Source of the DNA: Eledone cirrhosa | Taxonomy: Eukaryota | DNA length: 64,000 nt | Assembly: GCA_964016885.1 (NCBI GenBank) | Contig: OZ024741.1 | Span: 175,646,001-175,710,000, forward strand | Direction: 5' to 3' | Shown here: positions 51,128 through 63,688 of the stretch, piece after piece | How positions within the stretch are numbered: the stretch's first letter is position 1 | Layout: every line of letters starts with the position of its first letter | The notes under the pieces: model-generated | What the model saw: the letters and a program-made list of their open reading frames with translations, nothing else | Told to the model about the DNA's origin: nothing | Database searches by the model: none | Translations under genes and position numbers: made by a program

Positions 51128-53218
51128 GGGAAGAAGACGCACGTGGATAGAGTATTATGGAATCGCTACCGTAGGTTTTTGATTTTTAACATATTTAAAA
51201 CTATTGTGATATAACAATTCTTAGTACAAATGGGACATAAGGCACCAGTCTTAGCTCTCAGGAAATGAGACCCATAACACCCTGGCATATGGCTCATATA
51301 TTCAATTTTGTATTAGAAATTGTAGATTCAAAAAGGAAAATGGTTATAAATGGAACAGACAAATATCGACAATTTCACCACCACAACCTAGATACACCAC
51401 CTAACGCCCCTCTGTGTACACTAAATACAACAGTCAGATGACGTCAATTTCACCACCACCACCACCAATCCCAGTATAATAATAATAATTATTATTATAT
51501 CTCAAGTTTTCTCAAAATGTTTAATTCAAATATTAAGGTAATATGTCAACATGTATATTAAACATAGGCAACAAACCACATAGATATACCGATCAAACAA
51601 ACGCATACTAGCTACAGTCTATTCAACAGAATTCAGTGGCTACAACGCCATCACTACAATACGACTATCCCATCAGCGCCGCCACCACTCCATCATTGCT
51701 ACCACCACTATTCCCCCACTACCTTCTGTTAACTTAAGAAAGTGGAAGGTCGCGGTAACACTAGACAAGGGAGAGGCTAATAAAAGATATAAATAGACTG
51801 ACATAGTGACTCGTCAAAAGCTAACGGCTATGGCAATGAAGTCCCCCACCAACAATAGAAAAAACCCCAGCTCCACCGGCATAGCCAACAACAACAACAG
51901 AGGCAACTTCAACAAAAAGTATATTACATTATTAATAATAATTTCTTTCTCAGCCACGAAGGGCTCACATTAAGGAACCACTCATGATAATAACAATTTA
52001 AAAAACAAAACAAACAAAAAATCCGTGACCAAGAAATACCGGGATGGCGGCCGGCGGGGAATAGCCGTGTCTCTAGGGGAGGACGACCCCTCTAGTCTTG
52101 GTTGACACTCGTCCTAGGAGTGGTAACACGAAATGATTACCCCTTGGCGGTAATCATTTCGTGTTACCACTCCTAGGACAAAATAAAGCCAATGTTTAAT
52201 GATAAAATCTCATACCGGGTCGGCCGTCACCCGGGTCAAAAAGGGCCGCATCCCTCGGAGAGGAACTAGACTGGGATCGAAAATGGTTCAAACCTTCCCA
52301 TCAATTCGGAGCTGGAGACCCCCCATAACCGGAATACTCCTACTGTTAGCCCTCCATGCTCACCACCAAGAAATCCAAAGAAAAAGAAAGAAAAATGGTC
52401 AAGGGAAGACAATAAAGAAGTCCTTGAGTCTGTCTACACTGCCATATACTACCCATCAAATAGATCGAATACAGAACAGACGTATATCAACTGGAGAAAG
52501 AAACATCCCGAAAGCAGAGACCATATTAACAGTAACAAACTAGCCAATATGCGAAGAAATATTGTTAAGAAAAGTTACTAATTTATATAGAAATTGATCA
52601 GATCAAGCAATTAGCACAAAGTCAGCGAAGGGAAAATGAAACATGTGTCAGTGAAAACGAGGTAAATTGTAACACTTTAAATCCCAGAGTTGGGGCGGAA
52701 TCACTGACAGCAGAACAAATTAAAGAAAGGATCGAAAAAGTGGAAGGAGTGCATGCTCAAGATGAAAATCAAAATGAAAACAATGAGATCGTCAATGATA
52801 AAGAAATGAATGAGAATGAACTCGCCAACTTGAAGAATGAAATTATGATCGAATGGATGAAAATGAAAGAATCTGACATGGGGGAACGAGACACTCTCCC
52901 TAAGATCCAGAACTCCAAACAGAACCAAAGGATAATACACAAGACTAACATAATTCTCAAAAACATTATCTTCACAAACAAACTAAACATTACAGATCTA
53001 TTATGCATCGGCTAAAGTCACCACTCACTTATATGGAGTGAAAATGAAAATACAAAGAAATTCCCTCAAAAAACCTACTTGGCAAGAGAACAACAATCGG
53101 CAAATAAACCTTCTCCGATCTGACATAGAAATTTTAGCAAACTATAAAGTAGGTGAACATGTTAAACAAACTAAACTTAGAAAATTGAAAAGAAAATACA
53201 GCATAAAATCAACAAGTC
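51128..53218 (+). mobile_element. Family A copy A5 (5' leader plus N-terminal ORF; 3'-truncated, older)
   Basis: Starts GGGAAGAAGACGCACG; ORF homology from ~52192 to KYSIKST. Confidence 0.88.
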
Positions 53219-53830
53219 TTTTCTTTACTATTCCAATTACACTGACTATCAATGGTAATGGCCTTAAGAGGTTACATTTTCCTAATTTCAATTGATAGAT
53301 CTTTATACTTACTGAGATTTCTGAAATCTATCGAGGAGACGTTACGATCTGATGGAATGCTCATGTCAATTAAGAAATATGCTTTCTCGTTATGGTCCTT
53401 CACAATCATACCAGGTCTGGTGGCCTTGGTTGTTTGGTCAGTGTTCACAGGGAAATCCTATATGATTGTCATGTTAAGCTTCCTGTTACCGCATCTGGGT
53501 GATAGTCATACTATTTTCCCTCCATTTTTAGACTACAGAACCAGCACATTGCCCATTGTAAGTATTGGCCCAGTCTATCATACCTCGTTTTATATTCTTG
53601 AGGAGCTAACACTTTGCAGCCTGAAACCAGGTGGTCAATGGTCTCAACATGCTCATTACAGAATCGCCACTTTGGATCAGTTCCATTTCTGATCATATTG
53701 GCTTGAAAGATTCCCATTAAAAGACACTGGTCTTATGCAGCTAAAATATTGCCCAGAACTCCTCAGACACTGATTGAGAGTTTGATCTACGGAAGACATA
53801 CTGCTCATGCATTGGTTATTGCTCTCATTT
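53219..53830 (-). mobile_element. Degraded RLE-domain fragment of another R4/Dong-like family (D), lacking its 3' end
   Basis: ETIDHLVSGC, IDMSIPSD, LSKYKDL remnants. Confidence 0.75.
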
Positions 53831-53944
53831 AAAAAAGGAATGTCAACAGTCTCTGTTGACATTCATGTTTTACCAACACGTTGATGTATTTTGCGGTTTT
53901 AATTGCAGAATCACCATCATTTTAAAAATGTATTCCCAATTCTT

Positions 53945-55375
53945 CAACAAACTTCTTACTTCATTACCGAGCTCATTTCTGTGCGCCTTGGGTATGTGCA
54001 GTGTGGTTGATTTGGTTGTGTTCTTTCTATTGTATTGAAACTACTCTTTGTAATATGTGTGCAGTACCTAGTAGTGCTATTTTTTGTATGTTGTATATAT
54101 TTGTAAGTCCTGCGGTTTTGGTTATGTATCTCTCTGTGTTTTTTAATCAATCTCAGAGCATCTGTTTTTATTGCTGTTGTTTCTGTCTTCATCATCCACA
54201 TTCGGGTTATTTCTATCTCTAGATCTTTATATTTGGATATTCCTCCATTTCATTAATCGATATATTGTCGTCAGTTAAGACATTTTTCTCATTGTAGTCT
54301 TTGACGATAATATCTTGTAGGTTGGCTTTGACCTCCCTGCCTGTGTGTATAGGTGTGTCTCAGAGAATGGTTGCTTTGTCATTCTCTGATACCATTTCTG
54401 AAGTGCGTCTGTAACATCGTTTTTCCGTTGGTATTTCATGATGTCTGCATAAAATCCAGTATATTTAGGTCCCTACTCTATTATGTATGTGGATGTATTC
54501 CTTTTTGGCTGATAATGTGCAGCCAGAGATAATGTGGTAATTTTACCCCCATCTCCACATACTCTGTATTTATTTACTACGTTCTACCTCATTATGTACT
54601 TCTCATAATGAGGGCGGTGGATTGGCAGATTCGGTAGAGGGTCGGACGCCATGCTTTGAAGCATAGAGTTACCTCCCTTTATGATCTGAGTTCAAATCCC
54701 GCCGAGGTCAACTTTGCCTTTCAACCTTACAGGGTCGATAAAATAAAGTACCAGTAATACACTTGGATAATTGCTGGCCTTGTGCCAAACGTAGAAACAA
54801 GTATGTACTTCTCAGGGTTTCTGGTGGGAAGGCTTTGGTCTTGTGTTGTAAATTAGAAATCCTTCCGTCTCGGTTTTTAGTCCAGTTCTGGCTCCATAGC
54901 ATGTTTTGTGTGTTTCGCTTACCTACTTCCTCTCTATTCAGCTTTTTCAGATATTAGCCATGTAAAAGTTTTTCTTGCCATCGTTTTAACATAGTATTCT
55001 GGAGGTCTGTTTTCAGTTTAGATTTTAGGTTTTTCACAATTTCTATTGTTGTTTCTTGTTTGCTTTCCTTTTTCATACAGCTATCTGTTAATCCAATTTC
55101 TGCTTTTACTTTATTGGCCTCCTTGTCGACTGGGTATCACTTTTTGTTCATGTTTTGTAGTTATTTCTATAAACTTTCCTTTGTTCTACATTAGATATAT
55201 TTGTAGTTCTACAGTAGCTATTTTATAACAGTTTTTTTAGTTTCATAAGACGCCGTCCTTCTTATTTTTGTGGTAAGTATGTACATCTGATTTTGGATGG
55301 TGTATTCTAAATGCTTTCATTAATCAACTTCGATTTCTGTCTATTCCAGCTAGTTTATTTAGTGTCCAGTTCATT
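53945..55375 (-). mobile_element. Degraded R4/Dong-like 3' half (family E), interrupted by a SINE
   Basis: IQKIALLGTAHILQRV and QDQSLPTRN remnants. Confidence 0.75.
54609..54801 (+). mobile_element. Full-length SINE with 13-bp TSD
   Basis: TSD tatgtacttctca at 54593-54605 and 54802-54814. Confidence 0.92.
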
Positions 55376-56517
55376 CTTCAGCCCCTCTCTCATTGTCGAG
55401 TTTTTAATTCCGTCTCCATCAAAAACTTTCTTCTTGTTCAAGTTCTCTTATCACTGATCCAAGGTCTCTGATCAAAATTATTGTCTGAAGTTTTCAGTAG
55501 CTTTCCCCTAATGAATGTGACTTTTGCACACTTATCTAGTCCAACTTCCATTTAAATATAATCACTGAACGGCTCTACAGTGAATAATAGCCCTTGGAAT
55601 TGCTCATCAGATTTTGCAAATATCTTCAGATTATCTATATAGAAGTGATTTACAGTTTTGTCATAAACCTTATATCCATGTTTAGTTTTATTGAGAATTT
55701 TACTTAAGGGTATTAGTGCGATACAGAATAAAAGCGGTGATAAAGGGTCTCCCTGGAGAAATTTACAATCAATGTCATCTTCTCAGGCATCCAGAGATGA
55801 GTTTTCACTCTTCAAAATTAGTGTTGATTTCCTTGCTTTCCTACTGAATGTTAGGAAGTTCTTGATAATTGGAGATAATTTGAAAATATCTTAACACTTT
55901 TTAATTCAACTGAGTAGTAAACTATCAAATACGTTTTTTTTATAATCTATCCAAGCAATTGATAGGTTTTTTGTGTCTGTTATGACACTCTTCCAGGATC
56001 CTTTTGTTAATCAGAAGCTGATTTTTACAACCATACGACCTTTGTTTACATTCTTACTACTCATTGGGAAACAGTTCATTTGATACCAGGTGATCATTTG
56101 ATATCAGGTGATCATATGTGTATTCAATTAGAATTGATGGTAAGATGTTATGCATTGTGGTCAAGCAAGTTATCGGTCTGTAAAGTTTTGGGATTATTGG
56201 TTTCATCATTCTTCAGAAGTAAGAAAGATATACCGTTAAGTAGTCATGATGGCATCTTTTCTGGCTCCTTAAACATTTCATTGTAAAGTTGGTCTAAGAA
56301 CTCATGAGACCTTGTGAAGGCATTTAGCCAAAATTTTGATACTTTGTTTTCCCCTGAACGCAAAGGTTTAACTTTTATTTTTTCCATGTTTTTCTTCAAG
56401 ATGAGTTGTATCTGTCAATTGTCTGTCTATACTTGGAACATGGATATTACAAATATTCTATTTGGTCCAGAGTTTTCCCCAGAATTCTTGCACTTCTTCC
56501 TTGGATTTTATTTATTT

Positions 56518-56695
56518 AATTGTTTCTACTTTTGGCACAAGGCCAGCAATTATCCCAGTGCATTACTGGTACTATATTTTATCGACCCCGTAAGGATGAA
56601 AGGCAAAGTTAACCTCAGCGGGATTTGAACTCAGAATGGCAAGGGCCGTAACTCTTTGCGTCAAAGCATGGCGTCCGACCCTTTACCGATACTGT
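56518..56695 (-). mobile_element. SINE
   Basis: Same family, minus strand. Confidence 0.85.
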
Positions 56696-56817
56696 TAATA
56701 GTTATTGTTGACTTGTTGACTTTAATAGTTATTGTTGACTGAATCTGGAACGTTTTTTAAAGCGCCTTATGCGAGCAGCTTTGAGCAACTCTTCTTACTT
56801 GATTATTTCTATGCCTA

Positions 56818-57008
56818 CGACGGTGGTGGATTGGCAGTATCGGTAGAGGACCGGACGCCATGCTTTACAGCACAGAGTTACACCCCTCTATGATCTGAGT
56901 TCAAATCCCGCCGAGGTTAACGTTGCCTTTTATCCTTACGCGGTCGATAAAATAAAGTACCAGTAATGTACTGGTTAATTGCTGGCCTTGTGCCAAAAAG
57001 TAGAAACA
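56818..57008 (+). mobile_element. SINE with 16-bp TSD
   Basis: TSD attatttctatgccta at 56802-56817 and 57009-57024. Confidence 0.9.
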
Positions 57009-57854
57009 ATTATTTCTATGCCTATGACACTTGTTGAGTTTATGTTGTAATTTATTTTCAATTTTTTAAAATTTAGATGGTTTAACATGTTCACCTACTG
57101 TCGTCAAATCGGAGAAGGGATATTTGACGATTGATGTACTCTCGCTTCGCAGGTTTTTTTTTATGGAATTTCCTTTCGTTTTTCACTTGCACTCTACATA
57201 AACGAGTGATAACGTTTGCCGATACAGAATAAAGATGATTTAATTCAGTGATATTTAGGTTATTTGTGGTGATAGTATCTTTGAGTGCAATGCGAGTCTT
57301 ATCTATTATCGTGCAGTTTTGTTCAAAGTTCTGTTATCCTAGGGAGGTTATCACGATCATCAATGTCAGTTTCCTTTATTTTCATTCTCTCAATAATAAT
57401 TTCATTCTTCAAATCAGCAAATTCATTGATATTCTGTTCGTTGTTTTCAGTTCAGTTTGAGTTTCATCTTCGACATGTGATCCTTTCACTCTTTCGAACA
57501 TTTCATTAATCTGTTCTGTTGCCAGTGGTTACCCTCCCATCATGGGCTCTAGAGTGTTGTAAATTTCCTCGTTTTTAATTACCCTCGTATCATTTTCCAT
57601 TCTTTGGCTTTGTTCTGATTGCCTGATCTCATTAATTTCTATGTCAGTTAGCAAATTGTTTTTAATGATGTTTCTTCAGATATTAGCCACTTTGATAAGT
57701 TTTAAGATAATATGTTTTCAGGGTTTTGTTTTTCTCCAGTTGATATATGGTTCTTCTGTATTCGATCTATTTGATGGCAAGAACATAGCAGTGTAGAAAG
57801 CCTCAAGGACTTCTTTAATATCTTCCCTTGTCTATTTTACTCTCTCTTTTAGTC

Positions 57855-58992
57855 TGCCAACATGGCCATCTTAAGAGTAGGATGCTTGACTGTTCGAGGC
57901 TTGAGTTCATCCTGGAAGCAGGGTCACCTACTGAATGAGCTCAGGTCTCTAGATATGGATGTGACTGCCGTCAAAGAGACCAGGATTTCTGACACGCGCG
58001 CACTAGCACCCATTTTCAAGGACTATCAGATCTACGCATCTATTAGTCGGTCGGGAATTGGAGGTGGGGTGGCAGTGCTATTTAGGAAAGGCCTGGATCT
58101 CGAGGTAAGGTCGATCTTCCTGCTTCCGGACGGTAAGTTGGTGGTCCTAGACGTGAGCAATAGTGAAAGTCGATGCAGTTGAAATGACTAGTATTTTCCG
58201 GAGGCCTTTCAAGCCAGGGACTATGAATAATTTCCAGATATTCCTCGCTTGGCATTGATACCGTAGGGCACTACCGATTCGAGATAAACTCTACAGGCAC
58301 GTAAGAGGGGTCAGACGGACCTGATCGAGAAGCGCGCAGAACGACGAAACTGTTCTACACGCACTCATCCAGTGTCAGTGCATTACTGACGTGTGGAATT
58401 ATGTCAGACAGCTGTTATTGAGAGTAGAACGGATCCAACTATCAACTGAGTCCATAGTGAAGATAGCCCCGCTGACTTCTTTTTACGTGGAAGGGCAGGC
58501 ATTTCCCTCTGATTGGTGGCCATTGTGAAAGAGTTTGAGTGGTGGACAAGGCTGAAAGGAGTGAAGGCAGACATCTTTCTCTTCGGCTAATACCTTAGCA
58601 ACTATTTCAAGTTTCATTTGGAAAGGTGGATGAGGGTGGAGAGAGAAGGGCTACCCCCCATTACATTTGCTAAAATGTGGGTGAAAGTTGCAAGATTTGC
58701 GCGTGTGAATGGGGTTATTCTGAACATGCGCCTGTAGGCTGGTTGATTTAAGGGGGAGATGAGTGCCCTACCCGGGTGTTATTACAGGGTAGGATGGTTC
58801 CGCATTGGTGGAGTACCTGAGACGCCATAGTATGGTTATCCCCCATATTGGGGAATTTATTTTGTTATAATTTTCTTGCTTATGTTATTGTTTTTTATAT
58901 TATTTACTCATTTTTCTGTAAAATCCCAACTGCCCCCGTCTTTTGTATTGTCCCCTATATGTAGTCCCTTGTGACCAATAAAGAAATCATTA
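57855..58992 (+). mobile_element. Old, internally deleted Tx1 relative (T4): APE N-terminus fused to zinc-finger region and 3' UTR
   Basis: MAILRVGCLTVRGLSSSWKQGHLL; C-terminal homology from ~58190; ends aataaagaaatcattatt. Confidence 0.85.
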
Positions 58993-59130
58993 TTCGGTAT
59001 TTCGGCAGTATAGAGTTATGGCCCTTTACATTATGAGTTTAAATCCCGTCGTGGTTAGCATTACCATTCATCCTTACGAGCCAGATAAAATAAAGCACCA
59101 GCTGGCCTTATGCCTTTACTAGAAATCCTT
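58993..59130 (+). mobile_element. Degraded SINE followed by (GCA)n/(GTA)n to ~59215
   Basis: B-box and core remnants. Confidence 0.6.
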
Positions 59131-59169
59131 ATTATCAGTAATAGTAGCAGCAGCAGGAACAGCAGCAGC

Positions 59170-59215
<46 letters not shown>

Positions 59216-59457
59216 TCTTCTGTGAAGTAGTAACAAACAGATATAGGCATCAGAGTTTGGGTAGACAGTACTTTCATACACATTGAAATACGTGCTAACT
59301 GATTTTTGCCGGCCAACACCACTATTCGTGTCTATTTATTAAAGCGATTATAGGAATAAAAAAGTAAAACAACCTTTGATTGCTATACCATTCCCGTTAA
59401 CTACAACTCATACGAAACCTAATATAACTAAAGTATGCGTTTTATTATTCTTATTCT

Positions 59458-59460
<3 letters not shown>

Positions 59461-59539
<79 letters not shown>

Positions 59540-59925
59540 TATATATATATAGATAGATATATATCATACATATATATTTATATAGTACTATCATTATTGA
59601 AGCATATCTCAGACTAAGTTCATTGCAGATTCATTGATAGTTATTGTAGTTTTGGTGTGAAAAAGATTTAGTGTTTTTTTTTTTTATCAAAGAAGTCTAT
59701 CTTCAAAAAAATGAAAAAAATATCTATTTCAGCTTACGAAGAATTCTATTAAAACTTTATCTTACTGAACCTGTCAAAATTCCTTTAGATACTAATCGGA
59801 GTATTCTATCATATGTATATATATATATATAGATCTGTATGTATGTGTGTGTGTGTGTGTGTGCCTGTCTGTATATGTATATATACATATATGTTTATAT
59901 GTATACATCCATCGATCTATACGTC

Positions 59926-59980
<55 letters not shown>
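59461..59980. repeat. (TA)n at 59461-~59585 and mixed TA/TG/CA microsatellites at 59812-59980
   Basis: Directly visible. Confidence 0.95.
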
Positions 59981-59983
<3 letters not shown>

Positions 59984-60900
59984 TTCACTCATATCTTTCA
60001 CTACCTTTCAATTTCAAATGTTAAGCTCAACAAACATTTACCATTGTCAACAAATGTGCTTTTATAGTTGCCAAAGAAAGATAAATAAAAAAAATTTACT
60101 TTTTCCAAACTTTACTATACTTTGAAACGTAGAAGAAGTAAATGAATGCGAAAGAAATAAAGAATGGCAAGGTTCCAGAAGACACAAATAGAATGTATAC
60201 GTTGTTGGGAAGTTTACAACACTAACATTGCAGGCTATCCAAAGAATTACACTAAATTTGAATGACAGATGTATTCTTAGGAACCATTATTATAATATTG
60301 ACAACATAAACAATAAAGCGCCCTATCTTTCTTAAATCTTTTATTCCTTTTGATATGTTATATTAGCAAGCTTGGAAAATGCTGGATAATCTGATGTTGG
60401 TCTGATTGTTTGTATTTAGTGAGAACGACATCCCGTCCATACGACAATACTTAGTTGTAAAAATGTTTAACAATATATATGAAAAAGAAAATTACTCTAA
60501 TTTGGTAGGATCAATTGAAAAATGTGTTACTGCAATAAAGGAAATCCCGCAGCATCGCAGCTTATTCTGGGGATAGAAGTAATTTCTTTATATATATATA
60601 TATATATATAACGGCGATGAATTAGTTTTGCGAGGTTTTTGATATGAAATCGTGTGTCGAAACAAATATTGTTATACTTGGGGAGGGTCATATATGTGTA
60701 ATAATATTGCCAGAATTAATAACAGAACACACTCACTGTTTGGTTGGTTTTCGCTTCTGAGTATCGGTTAATTTAATTTATTCGGTTCACAATGTTACCA
60801 TTGACTGACCAACGGTAAAAAATACAGATACAATATAGACACAAACACATATATATAGTCTAACAAAGTTCTTTCGCTGCACATCTGCAACATCGTCAGT

Positions 60901-61093
60901 GGGGAACTAAAAGGACGAAAAAGTGGTTCAGTACTATACGAACATGCCAGACAACAACACGACGGTAACATAGACAACATAGAAATTAGAATAATATCTA
61001 AACATAGAAATGACCCAGCAGATAGGCAAATCAGAGAGGCCAGCGAAATAGAACTTAGAAGGCCAAGGCTAAACAGAAAAAAATGAATGGAAT
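60901..61093 (+). pseudogene. C-terminal fragment of a Penelope-type GIY-YIG endonuclease (not in the ORF track)
   Basis: Manual translation: ELKGRKSGSVLYEHARQQHDGNIDNIEIRIISKHRNDPADRQIREASEIELRRPRLNRK, then NEW after a 1-nt slip in an A-run; fits the S..H....H / R..EA..I....P.LN pattern. Confidence 0.72.
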
Positions 61094-61393
61094 AACAACA
61101 ACACCCAAACAAACAACACTGACGTAAGAGAAGTATAAATAAATAAATAAATAAATAAATACATGCACAAGAACAATAACAACAAACACATATAAACACA
61201 CACTAATAAACTAAGATAGAATACAATAACCAATACACAGTGACCCAAACACGAACACACATCAAACAAAACACTATACACACACGCAAACGCATGCGCA
61301 GGGAAGACAAAAAGATAAAAAATAAATAAATAAATAAACAGATTAAATAAAGATGGCGTAAGCATACAATACAACGGGAGGAAACATAATAGC

Positions 61394-61435
61394 ACCACTG
61401 GCGATGTTGCAGATGTGCAACGAAAGAACTTTGTT
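61394..61435 (+). ncRNA. Degenerate minimal hammerhead (mirror copy 60862-60902, minus strand)
   Basis: CUGRCGA-U-GUUGCA gaug UGCARC-GAAA-GAAC-UU; weak stem I; the mirror copy has the intact CUGACGA. Confidence 0.5.
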
Positions 61436-61628
61436 AGACTATATATATGTGTTTGTGTCTATATTGTATCTGTATTTTTGACCGTTGGTCAGTCAATGGT
61501 AACATTGAGACCGAATAAATTAAATTAACCGATATAAAAGACAGAGAAGCGAAAACCAACCAAACAGTGAGTTGTTCGGTTATTAATTCTCGCAATATTA
61601 TTATACAAATATGACCCTCCCCAAGTAT

Positions 61629-61686
<58 letters not shown>

Positions 61687-61863
61687 GTGTGTGTGTGTGT
61701 GTGTTTGTACACATATGCATATAGATATGCCCACACATGTTGATGTATATATAAATATATATATATATACACGAACATGTGTGGCCATATCTATATGTAT
61801 ATGTGTACACACACACATACACAATCACACACATACACAGACACACCCACACAGACACACAGA

Positions 61864-62011
<148 letters not shown>

Positions 62012-62232
62012 AAGAAATTACTTCTATCCCCAGAATATGTTGCGATGCTGCGGGATTTCCTTTATTGCAGTAACACATTTGTCAATTGATCCTACCAAAT
62101 TAGAGTAATTTCTTCTTCACATATATTGTTTAACATTTTTACAACTAAGCATTGTCGTATGGACGGGATGTCATCCTCACTAAATACAAACAATCAGACC
62201 AACATCAGATTATCCACCATTTTCCAAGCTTG

Positions 62233-62302
<70 letters not shown>

Positions 62303-62416
62303 TACATATATATATATTTATTATAATGCTCGGTGTGTTTGTAAACAACCATCCCGTATTAAGCCGTAGTGTCTAGCAACCATCGTTGCTCTCGTTTGTT
62401 CAACACTGACAAAGCA

Positions 62417-62459
62417 ACGCTGTACTAGTTTAAAGCTTATTAGCTATCGTCAGCAACGT
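62417..62459 (-). ncRNA. Minimal hammerhead with G12U mutation (probably inactive)
   Basis: GAAA reads UAAA in this copy. Confidence 0.65.
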
Positions 62460-62843
62460 ATACCTTCCTGCCAGATTGTTGAAAGCCTGAAAGCATATAC
62501 TTTCCTTATACATATTAACGGCTGAGTAGCCCAAGTTTCATATCGAGTGGGTTAATCGGCCGGGTGCACCGAAAACGATAAACGGAAAAAATGAAACGAA
62601 ATTTCATTTCCCACTCTTAGTACGGCTGTTACTTAAATATAAGTATGTATACGTACATACATATATGTATACAGACGCACAATAGTATGTATATATATAT
62701 ACATACATGCACACACATATATATGTACGTATGGATTCACCGAACATTTATTATAATGCTCGGTGTGTTTGTAAACAAACATCCCGTATTAAGCGTAGTG
62801 TCTAGCAACCATCGTTACTTGTTTGTTCAACACTGACAAAGGA

Positions 62844-62886
62844 ACGCTGTACTAGTTTCAAGCTTATTAGCTATCGTCAGCAACGT
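62844..62886 (-). ncRNA. Minimal type-I hammerhead ribozyme
   Basis: Reverse complement of 63148-63190. Confidence 0.8.
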
Positions 62887-63147
62887 ATACCTTCCTGCCA
62901 GATTGTTGAACGTCTGAAAGCATATACTTTCATTATGCATATTAACGGCTGAGCAGCCTAATTTGCATATCGAGTGGGTTAATTGGCCGGGTGCACTGAA
63001 AACGATAAACGGAAAAAATGAAACGAGATTTCATTTACTACTCTTAGTACGGCTGTTACTTAAATATAAGTATGTACACGTACATATATATATATGCATA
63101 AGGAAAGTATATGCTTTCAGACGTTCAACAATCTGGCAGGAAGGTAT

Positions 63148-63190
63148 ACGTTGCTGACGATAGCTAATAAGCTTGAAACTAGTACAGCGT
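63148..63190 (+). ncRNA. Minimal type-I hammerhead ribozyme; predicted cleavage GUA| after 63184
   Basis: Stem I ACGUUG/CAGCGU; core CUGACGA; stem II U-AGCU aaua AGCU-U; GAAA; palindromic ACUAGU. Confidence 0.82.
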
Positions 63191-63447
63191 TCCTTTGTCA
63201 GTGTTGAACAAACGAGCAACTATGGTTGCTAGACACTACGGCTTAATACGGGACGTTTGTTTACAAACACACCGAGCATTATAATAAATGTTCGGTGAAT
63301 CCATACGTACATATATGTGTGCATGTATGTATATATATATATACATACTACTGTACGTCTCTATACATATATGTATGTACGTGTACATGCTTATATATAT
63401 ATATATAGAGACAAACACTTGCGGTTGCCTTCAATAACAGTAACAAT

Positions 63448-63618
63448 AATTGTTTCGACTTTTGGCACAAGGCCAGCACTTATCCAGTACTGGTACTTTA
63501 TTTTATCGCCCCCTAAGAATGAAAGGCAAAGTTGACCTCGTCGGGATTTGAACTCAGAATGGCAAGGGCCGTAACTCTATGCGTCAAAGTATGACCTTCG
63601 ACTCTCTACCGATACTGG

Positions 63619-63620
<2 letters not shown>
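63448..63620 (-). mobile_element. SINE followed by (TA)n at 63621-63685
   Basis: Same SINE family, minus strand. Confidence 0.85.

Positions 63621-63688
<68 letters not shown>

Larger units (their letters stand above)
55376..57850 (-). mobile_element. Old, degenerate relative of family A with two SINE insertions
   Basis: Colinear similarity to A2 from the N-terminus through RT; many stops and indels. Confidence 0.82.
62316..63395. mobile_element. Second hammerhead repeat: ~1.8 tandem 427-bp monomers (sense on minus, 62316-~63092) plus inverted arm (~63092-63395), in (TA)n
   Basis: 62417 recurs at 62844; 63092-63395 is the reverse complement of ~62637-62943. Confidence 0.88.

Noticed and set aside
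53135-53218. A5 (5' part) and A1 (3' part) as two halves of one split element
   Set aside because: The ~80-bp overlap has several mismatches, and A1 ends in its own (TTA)n junction like a normal 5' truncation.
60611-60690. Additional hammerhead half (GAAACAAATATTGTT) in the left arm
   Set aside because: The CUGA half of the core is absent (a TA tract lies there), so it cannot be supported from this sequence.
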